Shown: positions 23,644 to 33,114 of the stretch, in pieces | Numbering within the stretch: the first letter of the stretch is position 1 | Layout of the letters: every line of letters begins with the position of its first letter | Assembly: GCA_963818965.1 (NCBI GenBank) | Contig: CAWFUG010000011.1 | Span: 1 to 64,000 of the forward strand | Length of the DNA: 64,000 nt | Origin: an uncultured Verrucomicrobiae bacterium | GTDB lineage: Bacteria; Chlamydiota; Chlamydiia; Chlamydiales; Rhabdochlamydiaceae | Direction: 5' to 3' | Position numbers and translations under genes: made by a program | Notes under the pieces: model-generated | The model's database searches: none | Told to the model about the DNA's origin: nothing | What the model saw: only the letters and a program-made list of their open reading frames with translations

Positions 23644-23682
23644 TGATTTATGCAACAACGCCGTCTCGAGGGAGAAAAACAG

Positions 23683-24135
23683 ATGTCCATAAACATTCAG
23701 ATTCATGAGAACGCACCTGTTGGGTTTAACCCATGGATCGAGGTCTCTGCCTGTTATCTAGAGATTGAAGGCAAAGTGCTCTTCCTCCAAAGGTCCCCTG
23801 AAAAATCGGAAGGGGGGAAATGGGGTGTTCCCGCTGGTAAGCTCGAAAAGGGGGAAGATCCCCAAACAGCGGCGCAAAGAGAGCTCTTTGAAGAGACGGG
23901 GATCTCTGTGCACGACTCTTCTAAGATCCAGTACATCCGCTCCCTCTATATCGAAAGGACGGAAGGGAATTTCATCTACCACATGTTCCATGTGGAACTC
24001 GGCGCATTGCCTCAAGTGGAGATCTCCGATGAACACCGCGCTTTTCTTTGGGCCAGTACAGAAGATCTAAGTCAGATCCCGCTCATGGCAGGAGCAGACC
24101 GAGCCCTTCACTACTATAAGACGCGATTAGGGTAG
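23683..24135 (+). CDS. NUDIX hydrolase
   Basis: Nudix box GKLEKGEDPQTAAQRELFEETGI. Confidence 0.93.
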   Translation: MSINIQIHENAPVGFNPWIEVSACYLEIEGKVLFLQRSPEKSEGGKWGVPAGKLEKGEDPQTAAQRELFEETGISVHDSSKIQYIRSLYIERTEGNFIYHMFHVELGALPQVEISDEHRAFLWASTEDLSQIPLMAGADRALHYYKTRLG

Positions 24136-24139
24136 CTCT

Positions 24140-25354
24140 GTGGAAAAGGACTGTCTGAAGACAAAGCTCGGCTTGCTGTGGATGAACCTCTCGAGCGAGC
24201 CCTTGATCGCCATCTACAGCATGATCCCCTTCCTTCTGCGCAAGGAAATCGGGGCCACGACTTATCAGATCGTCCTCTTTTCGACTTTGAGCCCCGTTTT
24301 GTCCGTTCTCTCTTTCTATTGGGGCGCCTGGCTGAGCCACCGCAAAAATAAGCTCCTTCCCAACCTCATTGGCGCGTGGGTTTTGGCTCGGCTCCCCTTT
24401 TTCTTTTTCCCTTATATCGATAGCTTTGGGGGGATGTTTCTCTGCTGTTCGATCTACCAGCTCTTCAGTAGAGCCTCTACCCCAGCTCTCATGGAAATCC
24501 TCAAACGCAATATCTCTAAAAACACGAGAGAGCACACCTTTTCCCTCTACTACGGCTTAAGCGTCCTCGAAGGGATCCTCATCGGGCTTCTCCTCACACA
24601 AGTCTTGGAATGGTCGGATAACAACTGGAAGGCCATCTTTCTCGTCTGCTCGCTGATCAGCCTCTCCAGTGTCATCTTTCAAATGCGCATCCACGTCCCC
24701 AAAGAGGAAGAACCCGCGATTGCCCCTGTTAAGAAAAATTTCCTGACCCACCCCATCAAAGAGAGCTTTCAGCTGATGCACACCCGCAAGGACTTTGCGA
24801 TCTTTCAGTGGGGATTCATGATCGGGGGCTTTGCGCTGATGTTGATCTCGCCTGTCCGCTCGATCTTCGTCGCCGATATGCTCCCCGTTTCGATTGCCGA
24901 TGTCGCTCTTGCTAAATCCGTATTCGTAGGGCTGGGGATTGCCGCATCATCTCTCGTCTGGAGAAAGGGACTCGAGCTCTTTGGCATTCAGAGGCTAGTC
25001 ACGTGGATTCTCGTGGGTTTTGGTATCTTTCCCCTGACTCTTCTGCTCTCTTCGTCCCATATCGGCTGGTTCTACTTCGCTCACCTCTTTTATGGAATCA
25101 TTCAAGGAGGCAGCCATCTGATTTGGAACCTTTCCGGGACTATTTTTGCCGGCGATCAAAACAGCACCCCCTTTACGACGGTCAATGTTCTCATGATCGG
25201 TATCCGAGGCTCCATCGCTCCCCTCTTGGGTGGCTTCCTCTGCGACTCCCTAGGTCCTGTCTTTGTGCTGTTCGTAGGTGCTGCTGTCTCGCTCAGTGGT
25301 GCTTGGGTCATGCACCGCTACAAAAAAATGTTCCAGCTTCCCGTTGCTACTTAA
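24140..25354 (+). CDS. MFS transporter
   Basis: 404 aa with about 12 hydrophobic segments in two halves; IRGSIAPLLGG in the C-half. Confidence 0.85.
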   Translation: MEKDCLKTKLGLLWMNLSSEPLIAIYSMIPFLLRKEIGATTYQIVLFSTLSPVLSVLSFYWGAWLSHRKNKLLPNLIGAWVLARLPFFFFPYIDSFGGMFLCCSIYQLFSRASTPALMEILKRNISKNTREHTFSLYYGLSVLEGILIGLLLTQVLEWSDNNWKAIFLVCSLISLSSVIFQMRIHVPKEEEPAIAPVKKNFLTHPIKESFQLMHTRKDFAIFQWGFMIGGFALMLISPVRSIFVADMLPVSIADVALAKSVFVGLGIAASSLVWRKGLELFGIQRLVTWILVGFGIFPLTLLLSSSHIGWFYFAHLFYGIIQGGSHLIWNLSGTIFAGDQNSTPFTTVNVLMIGIRGSIAPLLGGFLCDSLGPVFVLFVGAAVSLSGAWVMHRYKKMFQLPVAT

Positions 25355-25370
25355 GAGGATTGGTATAACT

Positions 25371-26024
25371 ATGGTCCTGAACTCTCTCAGTGAAGACAAT
25401 GGCATTGCGGCAATTTTGCCTGAAGATAAGAAGATCTACAGCGTCGGCATTTCCACTGCGGGCAGTGCAGAAATCCGCATGGCACAGCTCGATTTTGAGC
25501 GCCATATCGTCGCGACGAGTATCGATCCTGAAGGGATCGAATTTGCCCAAACAGCGATCGAAAAGGCAGGTCTTGCAGCTCAGATCGAGCTGAAAATCGA
25601 AGATGTCTCAGAGCCGCTCCCCTATAAGGCCGGGACATTCGATTATATCTATGCGCGCCTCATTCTCCATTACTTGCCAAAGGCAACGCTTGAAAAAGCG
25701 CTGCGCGAGCTATACCGCGTTTTGAAAGAAGGGGGGAGGCTCTTTATCGTCGTGCGCTCCGTTGCGTGTAAAGAAGTTCAAAACGAAAGCGCCACCTTCG
25801 ATCCTAACACGCATCTTACGCGGTACTTTTCAGAGGGCAGATCTTATGCTCGCTATTTTCACAGTGAAGAGTCGATCCAAACAGCTTTAAAATCCGCTGG
25901 GTTTCTCATCCAGTCTGTGCAGTCCTATGAAGAACAACTCTGCACCGACTTCGCGCGCAAAATCCCCTCTGAGCAAATCGATGTCCTCATTGAGACACTC
26001 ACCCAGAAGAGATCAAACCTCTGA
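25371..26024 (+). CDS. Class I SAM-dependent methyltransferase
   Basis: FDYIYARLILHYL and ELYRVLKEGGRLFI; degenerate motif I (SVGISTAG). Confidence 0.88.
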   Translation: MVLNSLSEDNGIAAILPEDKKIYSVGISTAGSAEIRMAQLDFERHIVATSIDPEGIEFAQTAIEKAGLAAQIELKIEDVSEPLPYKAGTFDYIYARLILHYLPKATLEKALRELYRVLKEGGRLFIVVRSVACKEVQNESATFDPNTHLTRYFSEGRSYARYFHSEESIQTALKSAGFLIQSVQSYEEQLCTDFARKIPSEQIDVLIETLTQKRSNL

Positions 26025-26052
26025 GAACTTATACCAATCGTCGAATTGCGAG

Positions 26053-27537
26053 TTATTTTTGAAGATGGGTATTAAGATCCCATTCAGGATGTTCCATGAG
26101 AGATCCTCCCCAAGCCCCATACAATTGAGCACAAAACAGTTGCAAGAAATGCATCCTCTTTAAAGGGATCTCCTCTTCAAGTGGCCCTCTTGCACAAAAG
26201 TAGGCCTTAAGCGAGAGACGATGATCTGTGGCAATGGGGAAAGTCTGGATCATCTGAATATCCTCTAACAGGGGAAGGAGACTATTTTCTGGAAAATGGT
26301 CGATTACCTTGCTAATGAGATCCCCATTTTGTAAGGGTAAAAAGCGTGAGAGCTGTTCGATACAGATGCGTACTCTCATCCGATCGATAAGGATGGAACG
26401 GAAAGGATTATCTTTAGAGCTACTCAAGTACCTTTCAAAAAGAGCGATAGGTAGTGCCGCGCTGTTCATGACCACAGGTTCTTTCTCTCTTCTCTTTTCG
26501 AGAATCTCCAAGCTCCTACAAAGAGCTTTTTGCGAATACGTCTGAAGAAGGCAGGCTTGCGCTTGATGCTCTTCCACCCGTGCTATAGCCGCTTTTAGGA
26601 TGCTCTTACTCTCCTCCCTATACCCCCTCCACTCGTCCCAGTTCATTCCTACCGTCTTCTTAAAACAATTGAGTCGTTCTACAAGCACCAGCTGCTGCAT
26701 TTTTCTTAAGATTTTTTGCTGTTCTTCTGCACAGTTCATCTCTTGCAATTGCGTGTTCCATACATGTAGCTGTGCAAAGTCCTCTTTGATTTTTTTCTGA
26801 ACCACAGCGGAGAGATTAAGACCCCATCCAGGATGGGCCATGAGATTTTCTCCCCAGGCCGCTTGCAGCCGAGTACGAACGGTTTGCAAGAAATGAATCC
26901 TCTCTTCAACCTCGTTTAACTGACAAAAGTACACCCTGGGTATGATGGGTCGATGATGAGAGGAGGCAGATCTAGTCTGGGATCTTTGAAGACCTTCTAA
27001 CATTTGAGAGAGAACACTGATTGGAAATTGCGCGATGACATCTTTAATCGCACCTAGATCTCTCTGTTGTAGAGCATCCATCAGTTGCTCGATTAAGATG
27101 CATACCTCTATTCGGTTCGCGAGGATGGAACGAAGAGATCTATCTTTACAGTTCGCAAAACACTCGTGAAAATCCTCAATCGGTAGTTTCTTTTGTCCCA
27201 GGATCCCCTTACACTCCTCCCCATTCACTCCTTGTATGCCCTTAAAAGCGTTCAGGTTTTCTACGATTTGAAGCTGCTGCATTTTTTCTAAGAGTTTCTG
27301 CTGTTCTTCTGCACACGCCTCCTCTTGCAATTGCGCGTTCCATTCGCGTAACTGAGCCACTCTGCATTCCATGGTTTCCCGGCCCGCGCCCAACGGATTA
27401 GCGAGCTGTTCATAAGAGAGCGCGGCGTTCATCCGTTGTCGCTTAATGGGGAGGACTGATGGAGTGGTAGTTGTCGTCATGCTGGAGTTAAAAGAAGTCG
27501 CTGGGGGAGAAGATGGATCTATTACCCTAAGACTCAT
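26053..27537 (-). CDS. Hypothetical protein with Ser/Thr-rich N-terminus and a duplicated domain
   Basis: AGGAGG RBS before the ATG at 27537; two homologous halves. Confidence 0.8.
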   Translation of the reverse strand: MSLRVIDPSSPPATSFNSSMTTTTTPSVLPIKRQRMNAALSYEQLANPLGAGRETMECRVAQLREWNAQLQEEACAEEQQKLLEKMQQLQIVENLNAFKGIQGVNGEECKGILGQKKLPIEDFHECFANCKDRSLRSILANRIEVCILIEQLMDALQQRDLGAIKDVIAQFPISVLSQMLEGLQRSQTRSASSHHRPIIPRVYFCQLNEVEERIHFLQTVRTRLQAAWGENLMAHPGWGLNLSAVVQKKIKEDFAQLHVWNTQLQEMNCAEEQQKILRKMQQLVLVERLNCFKKTVGMNWDEWRGYREESKSILKAAIARVEEHQAQACLLQTYSQKALCRSLEILEKRREKEPVVMNSAALPIALFERYLSSSKDNPFRSILIDRMRVRICIEQLSRFLPLQNGDLISKVIDHFPENSLLPLLEDIQMIQTFPIATDHRLSLKAYFCARGPLEEEIPLKRMHFLQLFCAQLYGAWGGSLMEHPEWDLNTHLQK

Positions 27538-27845
27538 GAGAAACCTCCTAGTGAAGAATTGTTTTACATTTTCAACCTCGAAGGATACGTCTCTCAATTG
27601 CTTTTCCGCAAAGAAAAATCTCAAACTATTTATTGTAAGTCATTTAAGGGAAAACATTCCCATTTTTTACCTGTTTTGTCCTTGCGTTGCTCCAAAAACA
27701 CCTTGTAAAATCTAAATCCGATTCCAAAATTACAAGGTGCCGTGAGTGAAAAGACCATAAGCTTAGAATTTAAAGTGGACCCAGGAACAGCGACGTTCCC
27801 CCTATCTGAAAAAATCACTGCCCGAGGACTGAAACAGGTATAAGA

Positions 27846-28766
27846 TTATTCAGAGGCAATTCCAAATAATCTTAAAACGGCAGCGCGCGGCGACGGATCT
27901 TCGGGAACATCCCACAGCTGGCAGATTTCTCTTCTCAAATCACCCTTGATTTCATTTTTTAGAAATAGCTCTATTCTAAATTTTTCACGCACGAGCTGTC
28001 GGAGCGCAGCATCTGTTTTTTGTTCGATCCCTTCGATCTTTGTCATACTGAAAATGATGCGATCTCGGAGAGGCTTTAGCCTTGTATCAAAGACCGTTTT
28101 CCATACAACCTCCTCGTCGGGCAGAGAATGTGTAGTTTTTTCCAGCTCCTCCAAAACGCTTTGGAACGCAGCCCTTAAAGCCTCTTCTGAAGCTTCAGAA
28201 ATATCGCTTAAAGAACAGTCCCATTGCGCGAGGCAGATTTGCAGTTCTTCATCTGTCATCTGTTTGCAGGGGCGAGAGATAGCCAAAGGCGTATCGGGTG
28301 AAAAGAATCCTCTTATCGCGTCATCGAGAAGCTCTGCTGTCATCGAAAACGCTTCTATCTTCGTGAGTTCCGTGCGCAGTAAATCCTTGAGTTTCTTTCC
28401 CGTTTTTGAATCTGCCTCGTCTTCTAGAGAACGTTCTTCCGTTTTACACGCAATAGAATGCTTTACGACCAGTTTCCAACACGCTGCCCTTGTTTTTGGA
28501 TCAAGCGCTCCTACTATTTTCTGCAATCTAGAGATTACCTCGCAAAAATGACCATAGCTTTTCCCGACCTCCTCTTCCACGCTTTTGCGAGAAGGTGGGT
28601 TCAATAATAGAACCTTTTTCTCTAAAAATACTCGATCTTCTTTTGGAAAGGAGCCTCCTGTCCAATCGGAATAGCCCCTTCCCTTCAGACGGTGCTGAGG
28701 AAGCGGGGTGTGTGTGAGGCATGCAGCTGTCTTACGAACGGGGATTCTCGTGCAAAGTGCGAACAT
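27846..28766 (-). CDS. Hypothetical coiled-coil protein, tandem paralog A
   Basis: AAGGAG RBS; 306 aa; homologous to the upstream gene. Confidence 0.8.
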   Translation of the reverse strand: MFALCTRIPVRKTAACLTHTPLPQHRLKGRGYSDWTGGSFPKEDRVFLEKKVLLLNPPSRKSVEEEVGKSYGHFCEVISRLQKIVGALDPKTRAACWKLVVKHSIACKTEERSLEDEADSKTGKKLKDLLRTELTKIEAFSMTAELLDDAIRGFFSPDTPLAISRPCKQMTDEELQICLAQWDCSLSDISEASEEALRAAFQSVLEELEKTTHSLPDEEVVWKTVFDTRLKPLRDRIIFSMTKIEGIEQKTDAALRQLVREKFRIELFLKNEIKGDLRREICQLWDVPEDPSPRAAVLRLFGIASE

Positions 28767-28777
28767 AGTTTTTCTCC

Positions 28778-29692
28778 TTAGAGGACTCTAAATGGGTGAA
28801 AGAATTCGCTGGCGGGAGGATTCTCATCGACTACCTGCCACAGCCTCTTGACATCTCTTTCCAACTCAGCGGTTTTTTCACGCTCTACAAGTAGTTTGCT
28901 TGAAACTTTGTCGCATAAAATTTTTCGAAGAGCTACTGGATCCTCGGCGTCTTGGATTCTTTCCACGTCAAAAAGGATGCGATTTTTGAGAATCTGCAGC
29001 CTTTCCCTAGAGACGATTTGCCAAAGGAACTCCTTTTTCTCTCTTTCAATCGGTGTTTTTGAGACCTTTTCAATCTCGAACAAAACTTTCTGAAAGGCAG
29101 TCTGTAAAGTCCGTTCGGCAACTGAAACCATCTCATCTGAAACATCTTCTGCTAAGATCGGTTTGCCCACATCAACTTCACAGGCAACTACACCCGGTGG
29201 AGGAACTACTTTGATCACCTCATGAAGAATCGGTCTCAGCTGAAAACAACCTTGGATAATCACCACTTCTTTCTGGAACAAGTCCTTGAGTTCTTTTGCA
29301 CTTTTTGAGGCGGCAAAGACCTCCATTCCGCGCTCAAAGTGCTTGCACCTCTTGAACTCCGCCAAACATTCGCGCCGATACTCTTCTTTTATGTTTGGAT
29401 CGAGAAATTCCTGCTGCAAGAACTGGAATTGAACCATTTTCTTATAGAATAATTTCTCAAATTGCCCTTCTAGCTCCTTATCAAAATCTTTATGAACGAG
29501 GGCGCTCGCCGTTTCAAGCTCTCCTCTTTCCAATCCCTTAATGAATACTCCGCTCTCTTTTGGAAATTCAGTCCTAGTCCAGTCAGAATATAAATGCCCC
29601 TGGATACGGTCGCAAGGTTTGGAGGGGTGGTGTGGGAGTGAGAGAGTGGAGGCGGTCGTGCGGGTAGCGTGTCGGGCGCAGAGGGCAAACAT
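28778..29692 (-). CDS. Hypothetical coiled-coil protein, tandem paralog B (start reassigned to MFALCAR)
   Basis: AAGGAG RBS before the ATG at 29692; shared MFALC, YSDWT..FPKE and L...FQ.VL.E motifs. Confidence 0.8.
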   Translation of the reverse strand: MFALCARHATRTTASTLSLPHHPSKPCDRIQGHLYSDWTRTEFPKESGVFIKGLERGELETASALVHKDFDKELEGQFEKLFYKKMVQFQFLQQEFLDPNIKEEYRRECLAEFKRCKHFERGMEVFAASKSAKELKDLFQKEVVIIQGCFQLRPILHEVIKVVPPPGVVACEVDVGKPILAEDVSDEMVSVAERTLQTAFQKVLFEIEKVSKTPIEREKKEFLWQIVSRERLQILKNRILFDVERIQDAEDPVALRKILCDKVSSKLLVEREKTAELERDVKRLWQVVDENPPASEFFHPFRVL

Positions 29693-29823
29693 AATCTTTC
29701 TCCTTAAGCTGGTTAACGTTAGATGCGGTCGCGGATTGTAAAATTTTTTCACTTTTTCCAAAAGAATTTTCCCAAGAAAAATATCGGAGAGGTAGGTATG
29801 ATGGGAGGGAATTTTCTCACTAA

Positions 29824-31032
29824 ATGAGACTGATGAGCAAAAAAGCATGGATTACTTCCATTAAAGAAGCAGCAGTCCTGGAGGCGCGCTCCCTCCATAC
29901 AGTCTCTGAGCGCCAAAAGCTAAAAAAACTTCTTGTCGAGGGAGAGGAGCAAATCGCATGGGCGCTAGAGCACGGCTGTCTTCTCGAGAGCGTCTTCATC
30001 CACGACAAGCTTACCCAACACCCTCTTGTGGAGCGGTTGGAAAGAGCCGGTGTTTCGCTCTATTTCGGATCGGAAGGGATCCTTAAAAAAATCACGGAGA
30101 CGCCTTACCTCATCCCCTTTGCTGCTGTTGTCTCATCCATCAACACTCTATCTTATCGAGACTTCGTTGTGGTTTTGGATCAGGTCCGAGATTTTGGCAA
30201 TCTCGGCACCATCGTGCGGACAGCTCAGGCCTTTGGGATTGACACCTTCCTCTCGACAGATCCTACGAGAGATTTGTTCCACAAAAAGACGATCGACGCT
30301 TCTAGGGGAACTGTTTTTTCGAGTCGTTTTCAGTCGTTTGGGTCTGGAGAAGAACTGGTGGGTCATTTGAGAGAAAAGGGGTATCAGATCGCAGTGACGA
30401 CACCGTATGAGAGTGTCTTACAGTCTTTTGCCCCCATCGAAGCCAAGCCGATTGCTCTCGTCTTAGGCAATGAGACCCATGGGGTCAGCCGGGAGATCCT
30501 CGAAGCAGCAGATCTAAAGATTCAAATCCCCATGAGTCTCTCTGTAGAGTCTTTGAATGTCGGTGTCGCAGCAGGGATTAGTCTCTACGAAATCAAAATG
30601 AAGTGGGTACTTAAAATGTTAACGGAAAAAATCCAGAGCTCTCTAGGAAGAAATCTCTCCTCTGCTTCCCAAATTTTAAGACGGGTATTCGATGCAAAGC
30701 TCAAAGAAGCCTCCCCACTTAGTGCCAACCAAGCGATTCTCATGATGATTTTGCACTGCGAAGGAGAAACTGAAGTAGAACAACTAGCCCGCGCTGTCAG
30801 CCTTATAGATAGTGAAAGAGAGATAGCACCCCTCATCGCCACAGGGATGCTTCTCAAGAATGGAACGCGTGTCAGTCTCTCCGATACAGCAAGAGAGGCC
30901 TTGGCGAAGATCTGGTCGATCCATGAGCTCTCTGAGCAAATCGCCTTCTCTGGATTCTCAGAAGAGGAACGACACCTCTTCGCAACCCTTACTGAAAAAA
31001 TTTATACAAATTGTGAACAGGTAATCTCATGA
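29824..31032 (+). CDS. TrmH/SpoU-family RNA methyltransferase fused to a C-terminal MarR-like winged helix
   Basis: VRDFGNLGTIVRTA, GNETHGVS and VESLNVGVAAGI; C-terminal LSANQAILMMIL...LAR...GFSEEE pattern of MarR proteins. Confidence 0.85.
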   Translation: MRLMSKKAWITSIKEAAVLEARSLHTVSERQKLKKLLVEGEEQIAWALEHGCLLESVFIHDKLTQHPLVERLERAGVSLYFGSEGILKKITETPYLIPFAAVVSSINTLSYRDFVVVLDQVRDFGNLGTIVRTAQAFGIDTFLSTDPTRDLFHKKTIDASRGTVFSSRFQSFGSGEELVGHLREKGYQIAVTTPYESVLQSFAPIEAKPIALVLGNETHGVSREILEAADLKIQIPMSLSVESLNVGVAAGISLYEIKMKWVLKMLTEKIQSSLGRNLSSASQILRRVFDAKLKEASPLSANQAILMMILHCEGETEVEQLARAVSLIDSEREIAPLIATGMLLKNGTRVSLSDTAREALAKIWSIHELSEQIAFSGFSEEERHLFATLTEKIYTNCEQVIS

Positions 31033-32972
31033 CAAACTATTGCGAATCGATTTTTAAGACAAAGCGCTGGAAGACGCGCCCTGTTTGGGTGGGCTCTGTT
31101 GGCGTCGGAGGCGACAATCCCGTGCGGATTCAGTCGATGACGACGTCGAATACGCGGGATGTCCAGGCGACGATCGAACAGATCATGCGCCTTGCTGATG
31201 CAGGCTGCGAGATCGCCCGAGTCACTGTCCAGGGGATGAAAGAAGCCGATGCCTGCGAAGGGATCAAAAATGGGTTGCTACAGAAGGGCTACACGATTCC
31301 CCTGGTGGCAGACATCCATTTTTTCCCGCCTGCTGCCATGCGCGTCGTCGATTTCGTCGATAAGGTGCGCGTCAATCCCGGCAACTTCGTCGATAAAAGA
31401 GCCTCTTTCAAAGTGATCGAGTACGACGAGGACTCTTATGCCAAGGAGATTGAAAAAATCGATGAGAAGTTCACCCCCCTAGTTCTCAAATGTAAACAGC
31501 TCAAGCGCGCGATGCGCATCGGGACCAATCACGGCTCGCTCTCCGATCGGATCATGAGTCGCTATGGAGATACGCCGCAAGGGATGGTGGAATCTGCCCT
31601 CGAATTCGCACGCGTCTGCCGCAAAAACGACTACCACGACTTTATGTTCTCCATGAAGTCCTCCAACCCTCAGGTAATGATCCAGGCTTACCGCCTGCTC
31701 GTCGCTGAGATGATGGCACTCGGTTGGGATTATCCGCTGCACTTAGGAGTCACAGAAGCGGGCGAAGGAGAGGATGGGAGGATCAAGTCGGCGATGGGGA
31801 TCGGCGCCCTTCTCTTAGATGGGATCGGCGATACGATCCGCGTCAGCCTCACAGAAGACGCCTGGAATGAGATCGATCCCTGCCAACGCTTAGTCGCTTT
31901 TGCAAAAAGCTATGAAGGATCAGGAGTCTCTCCCTTCGAGGAGACGCACCGCTCGATCGTAGAGATCAAGCGCCGCTCGGTCATTTTCCCCAAAAATATC
32001 GCCCTCCACCGCGATGGGACTGTTGTCCTCAGCGTTTCCCCTCCCGATTTCGAGGAAACCGACATCTATAAAAAACTCGGCTGCGATCCCCAGCTCGGAC
32101 AACCAAAACTTGCGATCTCCAGCACGGATTGCTTAATCGTTCCTGAAGCGAATCGCCCTCCAAAAATGGTCGATAAGCTCGAGAATCTCAAAAAGATCGG
32201 CGTCGGCGTATTGTCCCCTACAGCACAGGATGGGGAAACGCTATTTGTCCCTTTAAAAGAGGCACTCCACGCCGTGCGCACAGTGCGCGAACAGGAGCGG
32301 TTTACCGCCCTTCCCCTCCCTTCAAAACCCCTCGCTGTTCTCATTCGAGATGAGATTCCCCAAGACTGGGCCCTTTTGGAAGAGATCAAGCCAACGCTTA
32401 TCTTCCTCTCCCCTACCTCCAATCGCCTGCACTATAGTCGCCAATTTTTCGAGTGGTTGCAGACGCAAGGGATCCAGACACCTGTCATCTTAGGCTTCCA
32501 CTACACCTGTTCTCGAGAGGATCTTCTGATCCAAGCGAGTGCAGAATACGGTGCTCTGCTGTGCGATGGCTTAGGCGATGGAATTTGGATCGACGGTCCC
32601 TACGATAGGGAGTTTTTACGCCTTTTGAGCTTTAACATCTTGCAAGCTGCCCGCATGCGCAGTTCTAAAACAGATTTCATCTCCTGTCCGAGCTGCGGCC
32701 GTACGCTGTTCGACTTGCAAGACGTCTCCAAGCGCATCCGAACCCGCACCGCCCACCTACCCGGCGTTAAAATCGCCATCATGGGCTGCATCGTCAATGG
32801 CCCCGGAGAAATGGCAGATGCCCACTTCGGCTACGTCGGTTCCATGCCCGGCAAGATCGATCTCTACGTCGGAAAAACCTGCGTCGAAAAAGGGATCGAC
32901 TTCTCTGAAGCCGATGACCGCCTCGTCGCCCTCATCAAGAAACACGACCGCTGGGTCGAGCCCGTCTCTTAA
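31029..32972 (+). CDS. ispG: (E)-4-hydroxy-3-methylbut-2-enyl-diphosphate synthase, long form
   Basis: RIQSMT, VADIHF, RVNPGN, RIGTNHGSLS, HLGVTEAG, SCPSCGRT, IMGCIVNGPGEM. Confidence 0.98.
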   Translation: MTNYCESIFKTKRWKTRPVWVGSVGVGGDNPVRIQSMTTSNTRDVQATIEQIMRLADAGCEIARVTVQGMKEADACEGIKNGLLQKGYTIPLVADIHFFPPAAMRVVDFVDKVRVNPGNFVDKRASFKVIEYDEDSYAKEIEKIDEKFTPLVLKCKQLKRAMRIGTNHGSLSDRIMSRYGDTPQGMVESALEFARVCRKNDYHDFMFSMKSSNPQVMIQAYRLLVAEMMALGWDYPLHLGVTEAGEGEDGRIKSAMGIGALLLDGIGDTIRVSLTEDAWNEIDPCQRLVAFAKSYEGSGVSPFEETHRSIVEIKRRSVIFPKNIALHRDGTVVLSVSPPDFEETDIYKKLGCDPQLGQPKLAISSTDCLIVPEANRPPKMVDKLENLKKIGVGVLSPTAQDGETLFVPLKEALHAVRTVREQERFTALPLPSKPLAVLIRDEIPQDWALLEEIKPTLIFLSPTSNRLHYSRQFFEWLQTQGIQTPVILGFHYTCSREDLLIQASAEYGALLCDGLGDGIWIDGPYDREFLRLLSFNILQAARMRSSKTDFISCPSCGRTLFDLQDVSKRIRTRTAHLPGVKIAIMGCIVNGPGEMADAHFGYVGSMPGKIDLYVGKTCVEKGIDFSEADDRLVALIKKHDRWVEPVS

Positions 32973-32987
32973 GTGAGGTTACCCAAG

Positions 32988-33028
32988 AGAGTCTCAAAAG
33001 TCGTCCTAGCACAGACTTTTGAGACTCT
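32988..33028. terminator. Hairpin downstream of ispG (15-bp stem), possible terminator
   Basis: agagtctcaaaagtc / gacttttgagactct; weak U-tract. Confidence 0.5.
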
Positions 33029-33114
33029 TCTGGTGTAAAATGGTTTCTCAAAATTTTCCCTTCAGTATTATACCCAAGTGTACGCTAACTTTCTAACAAC
33101 CTAAGAATCTTGGG

